Shown piece after piece: positions 47,910-61,100 of a stretch of 64,000 nt of DNA. Source of the DNA: a virus; the IMG/VR virus record IMGVR_UViG_3300010885_061525, positions 1-64,000 of that record. One strand, given 5' to 3'. Under the pieces are notes generated by a model. That model did no database searches. It was not told where the DNA came from and saw only the letters and a program-made list of their open reading frames with translations. Each line of letters opens with the position of its first letter. Position 1 is the first letter of the stretch. The position numbers were made by a program, and so were the translations under genes.

Positions 47910-49220
47910 TTAATTAGTTCTCTTTACTGTAGTATTCTCTCCAGCTCCAGAATCATAAGTCAGATTTCTGAACGGCCAAATTCCAGTAGAACACGATCCG
48001 TCGTGAGCGTTTGGGCAACTGAAGTAATATACAGGACCATAATTTGTTACACTATTATTATCCATTCCTGTAAGTCTAGTACCCTCTACTATCGTGTTAT
48101 GAGAAATAGCCTTAATTGAGAATCCTGACGGATAAGCACTTTTTGATCCGCCAGGAATAACGACTCCAGTCCAATTCAAGTTTGGAGTAGAATTATTTAA
48201 TGCTACATCCTTTAAAACGGTTATAACTCCTGGAGATACCATTCCTCTTTGACCTACAGGATTTCCAAATTCAATTAAATTTATCGCTTGAGTATAGACT
48301 GCCGGTACATATGCTTTAAATCCACCCCAAGGACTGGCCCCAAATCCCTCATTATATGTTTTTTCAAAATAAACTACTTCAGCCTTATAGAGATATCTGT
48401 TGCAAAACCCAAGTCCAGCGGCTGTCCATTGGTCATCATCTGCTGCAAGAGGGGCTGGGTATCCTTCATTACTGTTCCATTCAATTCGTAAAAATACATT
48501 TTGCGTTGTATTATGATTAAATATATATATAGGCTTAAGAGTGAAGTCTGGATCCGAAGCTTGGTTCGGCGCCAAATAAGACTTTAATTCAATTATAGTT
48601 CCGCTAGCCACTTCTTGAAAAACGGCATCTTTTTCATTTAAAGTAAGCTCTGATAAATTAATAGCCTTTCCCTGAGCAGGTGCAGTAATAGTTCTATTAA
48701 TTGGATCTTTAGCGGTTCCGCCTATGACATCCTTCGTTATTTCAACTTCTTCCCAGCCATATATATTATAAACATTTTTATTGGCTCCAGCTTTTTCCAC
48801 GTATGTTATCTTGCCTAAAAATACAGGGTCCGCTTGCCAAACTCCGTGTCTTTGGTTATACCTTACGTCTAAAGCTCCTGCCACATATTTTTCTGCTGGA
48901 ACTTCAGCTCCGTATGGAGCAGGAGTCCCTCTTGTATCTATCGATGAGCCAGAGTTATTAGCAAACCCATATTGCGCGCTATTATCTTTAGATCCATTGT
49001 TAAGATTTGTCAAGCTAGTAGCTTGGCTTGGCGCCGGTCTTCCAAATATATCATATCCCCATCCTGCTATAATTAAAGGACCTTTGTGCGCCATTCCTCT
49101 TGCGTTATCCGCATTATACTCACCAGGAAAGGCTCCCATGGACACTCCAGGGCTTCCAGCATTTCTATTTATTCGCGCTCTAAAAGGATTAAGAGTATTT
49201 GTTCCAGTTGGATTTATCAT
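47910..49220 (-). CDS. Tail/baseplate-associated protein
   Basis: Tail-module position; GPLIIAGWGYD..G.P.P, AGALDVRY. Confidence 0.6.
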   Translation of the reverse strand: MINPTGTNTLNPFRARINRNAGSPGVSMGAFPGEYNADNARGMAHKGPLIIAGWGYDIFGRPAPSQATSLTNLNNGSKDNSAQYGFANNSGSSIDTRGTPAPYGAEVPAEKYVAGALDVRYNQRHGVWQADPVFLGKITYVEKAGANKNVYNIYGWEEVEITKDVIGGTAKDPINRTITAPAQGKAINLSELTLNEKDAVFQEVASGTIIELKSYLAPNQASDPDFTLKPIYIFNHNTTQNVFLRIEWNSNEGYPAPLAADDDQWTAAGLGFCNRYLYKAEVVYFEKTYNEGFGASPWGGFKAYVPAVYTQAINLIEFGNPVGQRGMVSPGVITVLKDVALNNSTPNLNWTGVVIPGGSKSAYPSGFSIKAISHNTIVEGTRLTGMDNNSVTNYGPVYYFSCPNAHDGSCSTGIWPFRNLTYDSGAGENTTVKRTN

Positions 49221-52177
49221 GTTATAACTCCTCCCTCTATTGTAGGAACTCGATTCTTTGCGTTTGAAGCGGGAATAGTAGTATATACAGTGAATAGTGA
49301 GCTTAACTTTGCATCTGCTGATTCTTTATAAGCGTTATTATCTAACTCGGCTCTAGTTTTCACAACGTTTGGATTTTTAACCGTTGTTTCAGACGACTGT
49401 CCTACTGAATTAATATGTCCCGTTAAAGTAGAAACTCCTGGACTGTTTTGAGACTGAGGCATATAACCACCGTAATTATTTTTCATGAATTGAGCTTCCA
49501 TGTCTTCAAATATCTTACCGAAATTTATTACTCCACTGCGATTATTAGATGCTGAAAATGAATTATATGAAATAGCCTCTAACTCTGGTCTTTTTGTGAA
49601 GCCGATGGGGCCAAAAAACGTCTTAAATTTATAAGTTGTTTTCACTCCATCTGTTCCAAAACTAAGACTTATATCGCTAATATTACCCATATTGTCTGTT
49701 CCAGATTTTATTTCATAACCAAGATCAAATTCAGGATAGCCTTCAACGGTTACTGTCGCATATGACGTTGTATGAGTTTCAGTGTTGGCTCTTTGGGCTA
49801 TTATCTTTGCGGCGTCTGTCATTCTTTGATAAGAACCATAATTTCAAGGATTTAACCTAGCATCTTCTATAACGTTAACGGGTCTGTTGTTATTACTTCC
49901 GTCTACCCAAGGACCGTATTTAATAAAATTCCATTGTAATGGAATATAAAAACCGCTCAAATTACTGTTGAAGTCAGATAGTCGATATTCAGCCAAGTTT
50001 AAATATTCTTGAAGGCCAATTGCTGAGGACTGAAGATATAAAAGATGGCTTACTCCTATAACTTTTGCTGCTAAATTCATTCGCTTTCTAATTCCAGTCG
50101 AATTCAAAAGCGTGTCGTTGTCAGAAACAACTGTAAAACCTGATATTATCCTAGAAATAAATTCAAGATAGCCCCCCGTTTTATCGAATTTAGTTATTGG
50201 AGAAGCTGCGGCCGCAAGACTCCAAGTAGTTATTACATTATTAGAATCTCTTACCACTGTTAATTTATAATAAGAGCCTATTCCACAGTTCAATGGATCG
50301 TTTAGTGTAACTACCGCAAATCTAGGGTCATACCTATAAGGCTCCACCGAAACTCCAGAATATAAAAGCGTTCCAGGTGTTAATATTCCCTCTGCCACGG
50401 TACTACTAGACCAAATGGAGTTGAAAGGACTAAATTGTTCATATCTTAAGTAATTATAATTTGGGGCTATGGTGGATATACTAAAATATGCAAAACACTT
50501 GAATAAACCATTTGGATTTCTAAATCCAGCTGAATCAGAATTTAATAACGAAATTGGGAATGTTATTGGTGTAGTATTAGTGTAATTAGCAATGTTAGGG
50601 GCCGCGTCAACTACTTCATATTCTATTGGTATTTTCTTTTGATTGTTGACATATGAAGGTCCTATCTCAGTACATATAGCTGAATCAGGAAGTCTGCACA
50701 TAAACTTTTTCCCATAATACTCTTGAGCAACTCTAAGAGTCGCTTGGTAACAAGCCTCCTTAATAGCTTCATTTAGAACGTCTGAATATTGACTGACAAC
50801 AGAAACAAAAGGGTCTCCGTTTTCAATAGAAAAAGCGGGAGAAAGTATTCCTAACTGGCCAGGATTCATTGAAAAATTAGCTGTTGTCTGCTCCGTCTCT
50901 GCACCAAAACCATATCCTATATCATAATCATTATATATATTATATCGCACATTCTTTGGCGCTCCAGAACTTATATCTCTATATTCATACCATATTGCAC
51001 TCACCCACGAATCTTTCGAATGCAAAGCTGCTCTTAAAACTGTTTCTGTAACAATATATCCCTTTCTACTTGCCGACAATTGATCTTTTACAGCAGTTGG
51101 AAAAGCTACTATACTGTTGCCGTTAACATCTACAGTGTTTGTAACAGAAGGAGCTATGGTCGTGTTTATAACCTTTAATGTTACCGTTGGAGGATTAGTC
51201 CACCCACCAATATTGGTAAAATCTAAACTTACGAATGGCATATCTATGGCTATACCATTACCTAGCTCAGAAAAAATATTAAATGTTCCACCCGGATGAG
51301 TGTTCCAAAGAGTTCTAACTCTATCTCCAACTACTATTGCGACCGAAGGCTCTTGTCTTAATTCTCTTCCGACCTCCCAAGAACTTACTCTATCAGCTCT
51401 ATCACTTATAAAAGTTTCCAAATCATTCTCCGCATTAAATACGTACTGATTTTTTCTTTTTATGCCGAAAATTTGAATAGTATTATACCCCGGATTAACT
51501 GTTAAATTAATTTTTATATACCAATCCATGCCAGCGTCTTTTGCTGCTTGATTAATAGCCTCTTCTACTGATCCGACTTGCTGTTTTAATCTATATCCTC
51601 CAATTAAATTTTGAGAGAAAGAAGAATGTAACGCTATTTTAAAATTTTTGCTATAGAAACCAAAAGTTTTTTGAGACAAAGCGGTCATCAATGTAGCAAA
51701 TCCAACACCCTGACTATGCCAATCTAATGTAACAGGATTATCAAAAATAGCAGGAGAACAAAATATATTCCAAGTAGTTGCGTTAAATGAAGTTGTATTT
51801 ATATTTAAATTTACATCATTTATAATTGGAATTTGCGACAGTAAAAATCTAGGGTCTGACATCTCAAGGTATATTAAATTTCCAGAAGTTGATTTTGTTC
51901 TTCTATAACCGGTAACAAAGCCTGTGAAATTTAGATTCTCGTCTGGCGTTGAAAACGTTGCTAAAGTTCCAGGATTTCCACTTGCTAAGGGGGTGCCTCC
52001 TGATGTTGCCGCAAGTTCATTGGCTATTGAATGATCATCAGCAAGAAAATTATCTGAATTGTCAAAATCTTCTGCCAAAGTGATAGACATAGTCGATGGA
52101 TTCGAGTTGAACCCCATCGTTGATGAAAAGCTGACAACACTACATCCTAAAAATTTAATAGTTGATATAGTTGTCAT
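49217..52177 (-). CDS. Tail/hub-like protein interrupted by one in-frame TGA (777 + 201 aa ORFs; 986 codons fused)
   Basis: 49844..52177 and 49217..49822 share a frame: RLNP-TGA-NYGSYQR-MTDAA. Confidence 0.65.
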
Positions 52178-53686
52178 TTATTTCTCCACGTATCCAATAT
52201 TCATAGAATATTTTCCGGCAATTATATCCAAATTATGTGAGAAAGATGTTTGCCAATAATCTGAGTTTGCCGTACCGGTAGGAGTCGCTCCTAATTTTCC
52301 TAGGAAAACGAAGCCGGAGGTCTTATAACCATTCATCAAATCAAATGTGGTTCCAGAAGATGATAAAATAAAATTAGCGGTAACAGATCTCTTTTTAGTC
52401 TGCCTTGTTACTATATCTTGAATTATTGGACCTTCTGCTCTGCCAGGTATGGCAATCTCCGCAATAACTCTTTCATCTATATTTTTAGACACGCTTAATT
52501 CTACGTCGTAAAAACAAGCGGGTAATTCGGCTATCTTTTTATAAAACTCATACTCATAACCTATGGTTCCAGCAAAATCATTGTGACTTACTACTGAATT
52601 CAAAGGTCCTAAAATTGACGGACTAGAAACTCCAAAAGCTGTGGCTATTCTACCCTTTAATATTGCAGTCGTTATAGTTGTAAAATAAGAAGTGGCGGCG
52701 TCATATGCGTCGTTTTTTGTATTTGAATTGCTTCCTTTGATTGATCCGCTTAATTTATAGCTAGTCTTATTTCCAATGATCGAATCGCTTTTTGATAAAG
52801 TATATTCATCTAACGAATACCTTCCTACACTCTTAACGGGTCCGTAAGTCCATGTTACGGTAACTCCATAATCGCCATTCAATCGGTCCATCTCTTCGGC
52901 AAGAACCGCTCCTACATATTCGTAGTCACCTGGAAGATCAACAATCGGAACTCCCGATATAGCTAATGTGGGAGCAGATCTAGGATCTGCAGGAAATTGT
53001 GCCTTAACCCACTCTCTTGCAAACTGCCACCCGCTTGTTGCGTTTATACCTCCTTGGATCTCATTATCAAATGACTTATAACCTTGAGCTTTGACCGATC
53101 TCGTTACCGATACTGTTTCATCTCTATCCGGCGATCTAGATATACTCATAGAGTCGTTAGCTGATCTTAAGTTGTAATCTTGAAAAGAGCCAGAGGCTGG
53201 ATTTATACTTTTGCCATTAAGTCTCACATCATTAGCGGTGAAATTAATAGTATAATTTGAAATAGTAGTAACGGTAGAAGGTTCGAACTCTATATTTCCA
53301 GCTAAATAATTAAATTCTATTCTGGTGCTTGTTTGCTGATTAATGTCTCCTCTCGTGTTAATTATCTCTACTTTTTTATTAGAACTATAGCCCGATCCTT
53401 CTAGTAAGACCAATTCCTTTATTGCTGCCTGTTTGTTTAGAAGTGATTCAAACCACTTCCTATCTGTATCTACGCTGGGTTCGAATAAATCTAAATCCTG
53501 ATCAGTACTATTAGACATTGCGCCAGCGCTCGTCGGATACCCTCTATCCGCGACCAATGATCCTGTAAGAGTGATGTTATATGTACATGACAAAATCACT
53601 CCACCTGCAGTTCTATTTATATCGTGAGATATTGCATAAAGGGGGGCTGGTACTATTCTTTTTCCGTCGATCCATACGTTAGCCAT
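52178..53686 (-). CDS. Tail protein
   Basis: Tail-module position; YNITLTGSL, IPGRAEGPIIQD. Confidence 0.65.
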   Translation of the reverse strand: MANVWIDGKRIVPAPLYAISHDINRTAGGVILSCTYNITLTGSLVADRGYPTSAGAMSNSTDQDLDLFEPSVDTDRKWFESLLNKQAAIKELVLLEGSGYSSNKKVEIINTRGDINQQTSTRIEFNYLAGNIEFEPSTVTTISNYTINFTANDVRLNGKSINPASGSFQDYNLRSANDSMSISRSPDRDETVSVTRSVKAQGYKSFDNEIQGGINATSGWQFAREWVKAQFPADPRSAPTLAISGVPIVDLPGDYEYVGAVLAEEMDRLNGDYGVTVTWTYGPVKSVGRYSLDEYTLSKSDSIIGNKTSYKLSGSIKGSNSNTKNDAYDAATSYFTTITTAILKGRIATAFGVSSPSILGPLNSVVSHNDFAGTIGYEYEFYKKIAELPACFYDVELSVSKNIDERVIAEIAIPGRAEGPIIQDIVTRQTKKRSVTANFILSSSGTTFDLMNGYKTSGFVFLGKLGATPTGTANSDYWQTSFSHNLDIIAGKYSMNIGYVEK

Positions 53687-54473
53687 TTCTTAATACTCCT
53701 GATGCTATTCTTTGTCCAATCCAATTGATTCCATGATCGTAAGAATAAAAATCAAATATATCCATTTCTCCAGAAGTTGGAGCATATCCGCTCGGTGTAA
53801 GTTTTGGATATCTATTTAATGCTGAAGTCCATTGTCCGGAAGGAAAATGTATGTTTCCATTCGCTTGCCCTGTTGCGGGCCAAGATAAATCTCTACTTCC
53901 TGAGCCATCCTGTACTACTACTAATCGAAGCCAATAAGCTCTGTCAGTAGCAGCATAATAGTCATTTAAAATAAAAGTTGGGGTTGATATGGAAACGGTA
54001 GTTGACGAAGAAGTTATCGTAGCCTTGAATACAGGGCCTGTTTCGGGGTTTATGCTTATGCTACTAACCAGCCCGAGATTATTCATTACATATCCAAATG
54101 GGCCTGCCCCAAAGTTTGAAATGGTTCCATTGGACACCCCTCCTCCGTTTGATATAAGATCTATATCTCCTCCTAAAGTAAATAATCCCCTATTACTATC
54201 TACGGTAAGGACTTTGTTTGATTGAAAAATACCATCAGAAACAGATCTATTGAGTTTATTTAAGTCATCAACTGAGGCTATTAAACTTGTCCCGGAAAGG
54301 GATATTGCCCCAGATACATCAACTCCTGAAGTAGATATGCTGATAATTGAATCAGTACCACCTCCATCCCCCACTCTTTTAAGCGTGGAGTTTAAACCAG
54401 TATTACTATTACTTATTTTAAGTAAATCTATATAAGATTCAGAAGGCGTTTGTCCAGTTAAAGGTGTTCCCAT
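53679..54473 (-). CDS. Tail fibre-like protein
   Basis: ESYIDLLKI; LVVVQDGSGSR..SWP...DIFDFYSYD.G.NW. Confidence 0.65.
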   Translation of the reverse strand: MGTPLTGQTPSESYIDLLKISNSNTGLNSTLKRVGDGGGTDSIISISTSGVDVSGAISLSGTSLIASVDDLNKLNRSVSDGIFQSNKVLTVDSNRGLFTLGGDIDLISNGGGVSNGTISNFGAGPFGYVMNNLGLVSSISINPETGPVFKATITSSSTTVSISTPTFILNDYYAATDRAYWLRLVVVQDGSGSRDLSWPATGQANGNIHFPSGQWTSALNRYPKLTPSGYAPTSGEMDIFDFYSYDHGINWIGQRIASGVLRNG

Positions 54474-54479
54474 ATTTAA

Positions 54480-55109
54480 TTATATACCCGACACGAATAG
54501 TTTTATTATTCCTGTCGAATCTCCATAAGAATCGCAAAATATAGTGATATATCCACTAGAGTCCGGATACGATCCGCTCATAACCATTTCTAAATAAGAA
54601 CTTATTGCATCGTGACCGACTGTATTCAATGTAATACTATCATATTTTATTAATTCATTGTTTTCAGCATAAACAAATAAACCAATAGATTGATCTATAA
54701 ATCCCTCTCCGCTGTTATTAACAAAAAGAGGCATTGCTCCCGAAGTTGAAACCCTGTAAGCGCCCTTCGAGAAAAGAGTCATCTCATTTTTAACACCAGA
54801 AGTTCCTGCTGAGAAATATGGTATATATTCCCAATCTTGGCAAAAATTGGGCGCTCCTGTTGAGCATGAAATATTATACGCAGACCACTGATTTCCTAAA
54901 CTTTCCCAAGAGTTTGTTTTTGATATAGCTGCAAGATATAAAGATAAAGATTCTGTTTTAGTTTCTTTTGCTTGAAGAAATAAAGGCATTGCCCCAGAAG
55001 ACACATTGCCCGTTCCAGATATAAACAATGACGCAGTTCCAGAGGCATTATCAAATGAACCTGTGAAGTATAAATACGCTGCATTGTTTATTTTAATTGG
55101 AACAGACAT
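54480..55109 (-). CDS. Virion structural protein
   Basis: Repeated SGAMPLF/LFxSG motifs; follows tape measure. Confidence 0.55.
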   Translation of the reverse strand: MSVPIKINNAAYLYFTGSFDNASGTASLFISGTGNVSSGAMPLFLQAKETKTESLSLYLAAISKTNSWESLGNQWSAYNISCSTGAPNFCQDWEYIPYFSAGTSGVKNEMTLFSKGAYRVSTSGAMPLFVNNSGEGFIDQSIGLFVYAENNELIKYDSITLNTVGHDAISSYLEMVMSGSYPDSSGYITIFCDSYGDSTGIIKLFVSGI

Positions 55110-55111
55110 TT

Positions 55112-58100
55112 TTACAATCCTGGAAGAGGTATATTGCTAGCCTGGAATACCTCTCTGAGTTTTCCAATAACATTATCAAAAACCTTATCTCCAACGGTTC
55201 TCATTGACTCCTCTACCTTAGTAAGATCAAACGTAACGCTTATATCTTTGACTCCGCTTATTACTACATTTATCTGTTTTGGTATAGCGCTAATAGCAGC
55301 TGTTAGACTGCTTACTTGATCATTCATTATGCTTAAGTTTGCAGAAGTGGATTTGTCCATTTGCATTCTAGCCGATTGTATTTCCGTAGCTATTTTTTGA
55401 GCGTCTTGTATGAGCTTGTTTGCTTGATCTACAGTTGATTTTATGTCTGTTGTTTTAACATCAATTCCTAAGGCTTGGAATTCTGGTCTGCTGGCTAAGG
55501 CCGCCTGTATAGCCGCAGCCAATTGCTCTCCACTTAAACCTGATTGTGTTAGCGTGTTAGCACCGATCTGTCTTGAAAAATCCATCAACTCAGTTAGTTG
55601 CTTTGTGCTTAGACCTGCAATTTGATTTTCTACAAGTCTAGCAACATTTTGGTTTGTTAGAATTGTATTTACGCCTTGATCCTTGGCGTTTGGAATGGCT
55701 CTTGTTATTGCCGCAGCTATATCATTGGCATTTCCTGCGGCTCTTGAAAGAGTCATTTTATTCATTGAATTATCAGCAGGAGTTCCTCCATATAACTTTC
55801 CAATAAGTGATTCTAACGTCGCCTTTTGTTCTGACAGCTTCTTGGATGTTATGTCTACTTGACTTCCGACTAATTTAAACTGAGACTCCAACACCTCTAA
55901 TGAATTTATTAAACCTCTCTCAATCGAGCTTCTTAAATTCATTAAACGGCCGCTAAGCTCGAATACGTTATCGCTTATATTAAAACTAGAATCTAAAGCA
56001 GCAAGTTGGCTCATTAGATCCTTTATGTATGGAAGCTCAAGAATGTTACTAGGAGCATTATTTGGCATTGATGGATCTGCTGTCAGCGCCCTTTGAGCTT
56101 CTATACTTGTTTGTAATTGTTTGATAATAGAAAGCTCGGAACCTGCCTTACTAGGATCCCTAGTTGATATTGCTGCTGTTAACTCTGAGAGCGGATTAGC
56201 GGTCGTTGACTCAGGCGCTCTTGGCAGCTCAACTGCTCGCGCTGCTGTCGGAGGGACTTTTGGAAGTTTCTCGTCTGCTAATAGTTTACCTTGTGCGGCG
56301 AGATTAGTATTATCACTTTCTTTAATTGCATCAGAGACATTCGGACCAAGGGAGTTATGGCCTCTACTTTTATCTTTTCTGCTCTGCTGTATCACCTTCT
56401 GCATTATTACTCTTGCTTTATCTAACCGAGACTCTCTATCTTCCGACAACCCCCGCTGTTCTGCAGTATTAGGTAGCTGAGCTTGTAAACCATAAGGCAA
56501 TCTCTCTTCTACAGCTGGAAATTTATATGTTTGGTTAGACCTGAGCACGTCCCCAGGTTGCTGTGCCGCAGTACTAGGTTCCTGAATTGATAAATCATCA
56601 GATTGACCTCTAGTTTTTGCGTCTTTCACTTCCAATATCACTCGGTCCATTTTCGCTCTTGCGTCATCTAACCGAGACTCTCTATCTTTCGACAACCCCC
56701 GCTGTTCTGCAGTATTAGGTAGCTGAAGTTCTAAATTAGGACTTAGTTTGGCGTCTAATTTTAATCTCCTATAAGTCTTAGGTGGATCATCAGATTTACC
56801 TCTATTTTTATCGTTTGATGGTGATCGTTTGTCGTTAGTAGTAGTTGCATTTGAACTATTTACTACAGCTGACCCACTTTCAGTTTCTATATTTGTTTGT
56901 AATAGTCCAGCGGCAGTGGTCTTATTACCTATTATATTAGAGTTTGGTATATTTTGACGCTGGCTTAAGGCCTGTGTCTGAATATCTAAGGAAGCTTGAG
57001 CCGCCCCTCTTTGAGTTTTTAGACCAAGGGCGCCTTGAAAACCCTCTATAGTTGAGCGGTTGTCTGCAATAGCTTTGGCTAATTCAACTTGAGATTTATA
57101 TGACTCTTGTTCAGCCGCAGCCCTTGCTTCTATTGTTTTTGCCTGTAATTCATATGCGTTATTTGCTAATGTTATTAAGGCGTTTGCTTGAGCGATTTGG
57201 GCGGAACCAGCTTCGTCAACTCCTAAAAGTTTACTAGAATTAAACCCTCCGGTATTTTTATCTTGCAATGCCTTTCCTAATGCCTCTAGACTAAATGGTA
57301 ACTTTCCTTGTGATCCTGATTTTTGAATAATATCAAATAATTTTTGTCCTGCGCTACCCAATCCCTTCAGATCGCCGAGCCTATCGTCTATGACTGCTCT
57401 CACGTCTTTTGCTGACTGAAATGTAGTTCCACTCGTAACCGATCCGCTTTTTGCTGCGGCCGCATCTTCTTCTTGAGTGGCCCTAGCTTGAAGCCCTCCA
57501 ATCGCTTTTAAGCTTTCCGGCTCTAAATTAAGAAGTAAATTATTTTGAACATTCTTATCCGCTTGGCTGAATTGAATAAAAACTTCGTTGAGTGTGTTTT
57601 TTAATGACTGTATTTCAGGACTGTTTACTCTTTGAGCTTTTTGTCCAGTGATTGCTTCGATAGCGTTAGAAGCTGCTGCTACATTTCTATCGGTAGGATC
57701 TGTATTTATCTGCTGAATTGATCCAACCTTGAATGGAGAAGACAATATACCTTTAGTTGTTTCTAATTGAGTTGATAGTCTTTGAGTTTCTGAAACAAGA
57801 ACGCCTATTAAGGATGTTTGGCTTTTTATTGATGATGAAAGAGCGTTACTGAATACGTTTAATGAACGCTCCGCAGCATCTGATATTTCCGCTAATGATT
57901 TAAATGTAAACTTAAATCTAGTTATAGACGCAGTAAATACATCAGCCCCTTCTTCTACTGCTGTAAACTCGTCACGTAAAGACTTGAATATTTTTTCCTC
58001 ATCAAATTTAACTCCCTCAACAGTAAGTTTTTCGGCTAAAACTTTAGCGGTTTTCTCAGCAGCAGCTGTTCTTGTCTCAACATTATCTTGGCTCTCAGGT

Positions 58101-61100
58101 ATCGATCTAGCATTTCTTTGGAAATTAGAAATGATTGTGTTTCTTACGAACTCAGCCGTTGCGGCAAGCCCTTTTTCCGCTTCAGCTATTTTTTCTTCAT
58201 CGCCGCCAAAGGCTTGCTTGAGTGACTCTCTTATTTCCCCTTTATTTGTTTCGCTTGCTGACTTTCCAGCCCCTCCCGATATTAAAAAGTCTTGTATGCC
58301 ACCAGTAGTTGTCGCTGCTCCTGTGCCAACTTTATATTGCTGACCCTTTTTCAAAAACCCATTCTTTAACGCTTGCTTTTGTATCTCTTGCACTTTTGCT
58401 ATAGCTTTAAGATAATCCTCAGTGTCTTTATTTGCTGAAGGTAGGTCAAAATCCGTCTTTAATTCGCCAGAAGCTATCACTTTTTCAGCGGCGTTAAATC
58501 TGGATCCTCGATTAGATTGATCTCTAATTTTTCCCAACTCTTTTTCTTGAGCGTTTGATTCTGTAAGAGCGCCATATGCAGATATTCCAGCAGAAGCAAT
58601 AGCTGTTCCAGCAATAATGTATGGATTTCCGGTTAATAACGAAGCGGTGAGTCCTCCTAGAGCGCCACCTTGGACTGAAGATGATGCAATATTTTGATTA
58701 GCATCACTCATATCCGTCATAGGAAGAATAGTATTTACTATGGCTGGAGCCGCTGTAGCCGCAGCTAGTCCATACAAAGGATTTATTCCACCCGAAAGTC
58801 TTCCAATTAAGTTTCTACCGCCACCTCTTGCTGCTCCAGCAGCAGCACCAGCAACTCCTGCAGGTATTCCTCCTCCCGCGCCTCCTGGTCTTATTGCCGC
58901 CGCCATTCCTATAGCCTGCCCTCCAGCCCCTGGAGGTCTAATTGTTTCTATAGCGGTTCTTAATCTATCGAGAGACTGAGTATTTAATCTAACACTGTTT
59001 TGCCCCGCAACATAGGCTCTTATAGATCCTCTTAAAACTGCTACTATTCCTACTGTTATAGCGCCTTGCGCTAAAGGATTCAATACATCCGCCCCTTTTA
59101 CTGGGCCAATTCTTGCCTCTGGAACTGCTGACAGTATCGAACCCAATCCTACAGGAATTCTTAGTATGGCTTTAGTTCCGGGGTTATTATAAATTCCTTC
59201 TATGAATCTAAGGTAACTAGCTCTTATCTTATCAATAGCTGGGCCTATATCATCTAAGCGTCTTCTGGCGTCGTTCACTATGGAATCGGACGCCCCCGCG
59301 CTTAATTCTAGAATTCTAGTTTCAACTTCTTTTAATCCGTCTAAAAGAGACGCAAGCCTTCCTACAGACCTTACATCAACGATTGACGCTAGCGATTGCG
59401 TTGCACCTTGACTCTTGCTAATTTTTTGGTATTCCGTAGCTAAAGATATAAGTCTTTCGTATGGATCAGATATATTATCAACGTCAACTCCCAACTTTCT
59501 CATAGCCGCTTCGGCTCTAGGAGTGTTAATTCTAACAGAAAGGCTTTTCAAAAACGTTCCGATTGCAGGAGCGGCCTCTCTAGTCTTTTCTCTTAACACA
59601 GTAACTAACTTTATATAGTCTTCAAAGTTTCCTCCTACAGCAGCAAACGATCCTCCTCCTCGTTTAATAGCTTCGAATAAATCTTGTGCTTCAACAGCAT
59701 ATGCCTTTGAATACTCATTGACCAACCCTAATATGTACGGGGTTTCTGACAATGATCTATTAAACTGATTTACTGTAGCAATCAATCCGTCAATTACTTC
59801 CGCCGAGCTTCCGAAGCTGGGACCAAGAGTAGCAAAAGATACCGCTCTAATAGTCTCATCAAATCCCGGCTTTCCTCTACTAAATCCTGCCGCAGCAAGA
59901 GTCTTGGCTGATACAGCTAAAGATTTAGCAGTCTCCCCTGTAATCTCTGAAAGATCTAGAACTTGCTTCTTAGTTTTAGCTGCTGCTAATGACGCCTCAT
60001 CAAATGATTCTGCTAATGAACCAGTGTTATTAAATCCTGAGTCAAAAATCTGCTCTATACTAGTAATTTCTTTTTCTAACAAGGCTGTTTCTACAATCGC
60101 TGCTCTTGAAGCTGATATTAATCCGTATAAACCAATCGCTCCAAAAGCGTAAGAAGCTAGTTTTTGCGTGGCCAGTCCCACTCTTGCTCCTACGCGATCA
60201 AAAGCAGACTCCCCATACTTCGCTATAATTTCAAATCCAGATTTAGATCCTTGTGAAACGGCAGCTAGGTCATCATTGAATTGTCTCAGGCCTGCGCTCT
60301 GTTCACTCATTCTTTGCTGAGATCCGGTTCTTATTACCGACAATCTTTGACTTGGAATCTGTGTTAAATCTCTTCCCGCATCATCCCCCAATACCTGTCT
60401 TGTCGCCTGCGCTCTTAGTCTTTGTTGGTCTATTTGAATTGGTTTTAGAGGATCTCCGTTAGCATCAGAACCCCCTCTTCTAGAGAAATTGTTTACCGCC
60501 CGAGCCTGCTTTTCGAGAGCTAAAGTAGTTTGATCTATGAGTTTATTTATTGCCGCTATTTCTGCGACTTGGCGTCGTCTTTCTGTAGCTTCTTCTATTA
60601 ATCTCTGACGATTTCTAGCGTTAGTAGCGGCTACACGTCTTTCGTTCTCGGCCTCAAGCGCTCCTTGCGCTTTAATAGCCTCATTCTGAGCATTTGTCGC
60701 TACGACAATTTTGTTTCTAGTAGCTACATTCTCAGCAGCATCAGAAGAAGAAAGTGTTTGTCTGGCCGATGCTAACGTTTTCACCTCTGGCCCAGAATCA
60801 GATTTTCTAACATTACTGCTTACAATTTTAGCTTCTATGTCTGCGTTAGAAGGAGCCGCGCCTCCTGTAAATGCAGCTTTTCTTCTTTCTAATTCTATTT
60901 GTTTTTCTATTAATCTACTTAGGCGTCCAATATTCTTTTCCGTTGCAACTTCTATATTAGCCCTAGCTGATATGATTTGCAACTCCTGCTGTCTTTGATC
61001 CGATACAGGCTTGGTGGCGGAGGCCAATCTATCTCTTACCGCTCTTCTGTCAGGGTTCGCTAAATCCTCTTCGGTAATACCCAATCTTCTCAGAGCAAGC

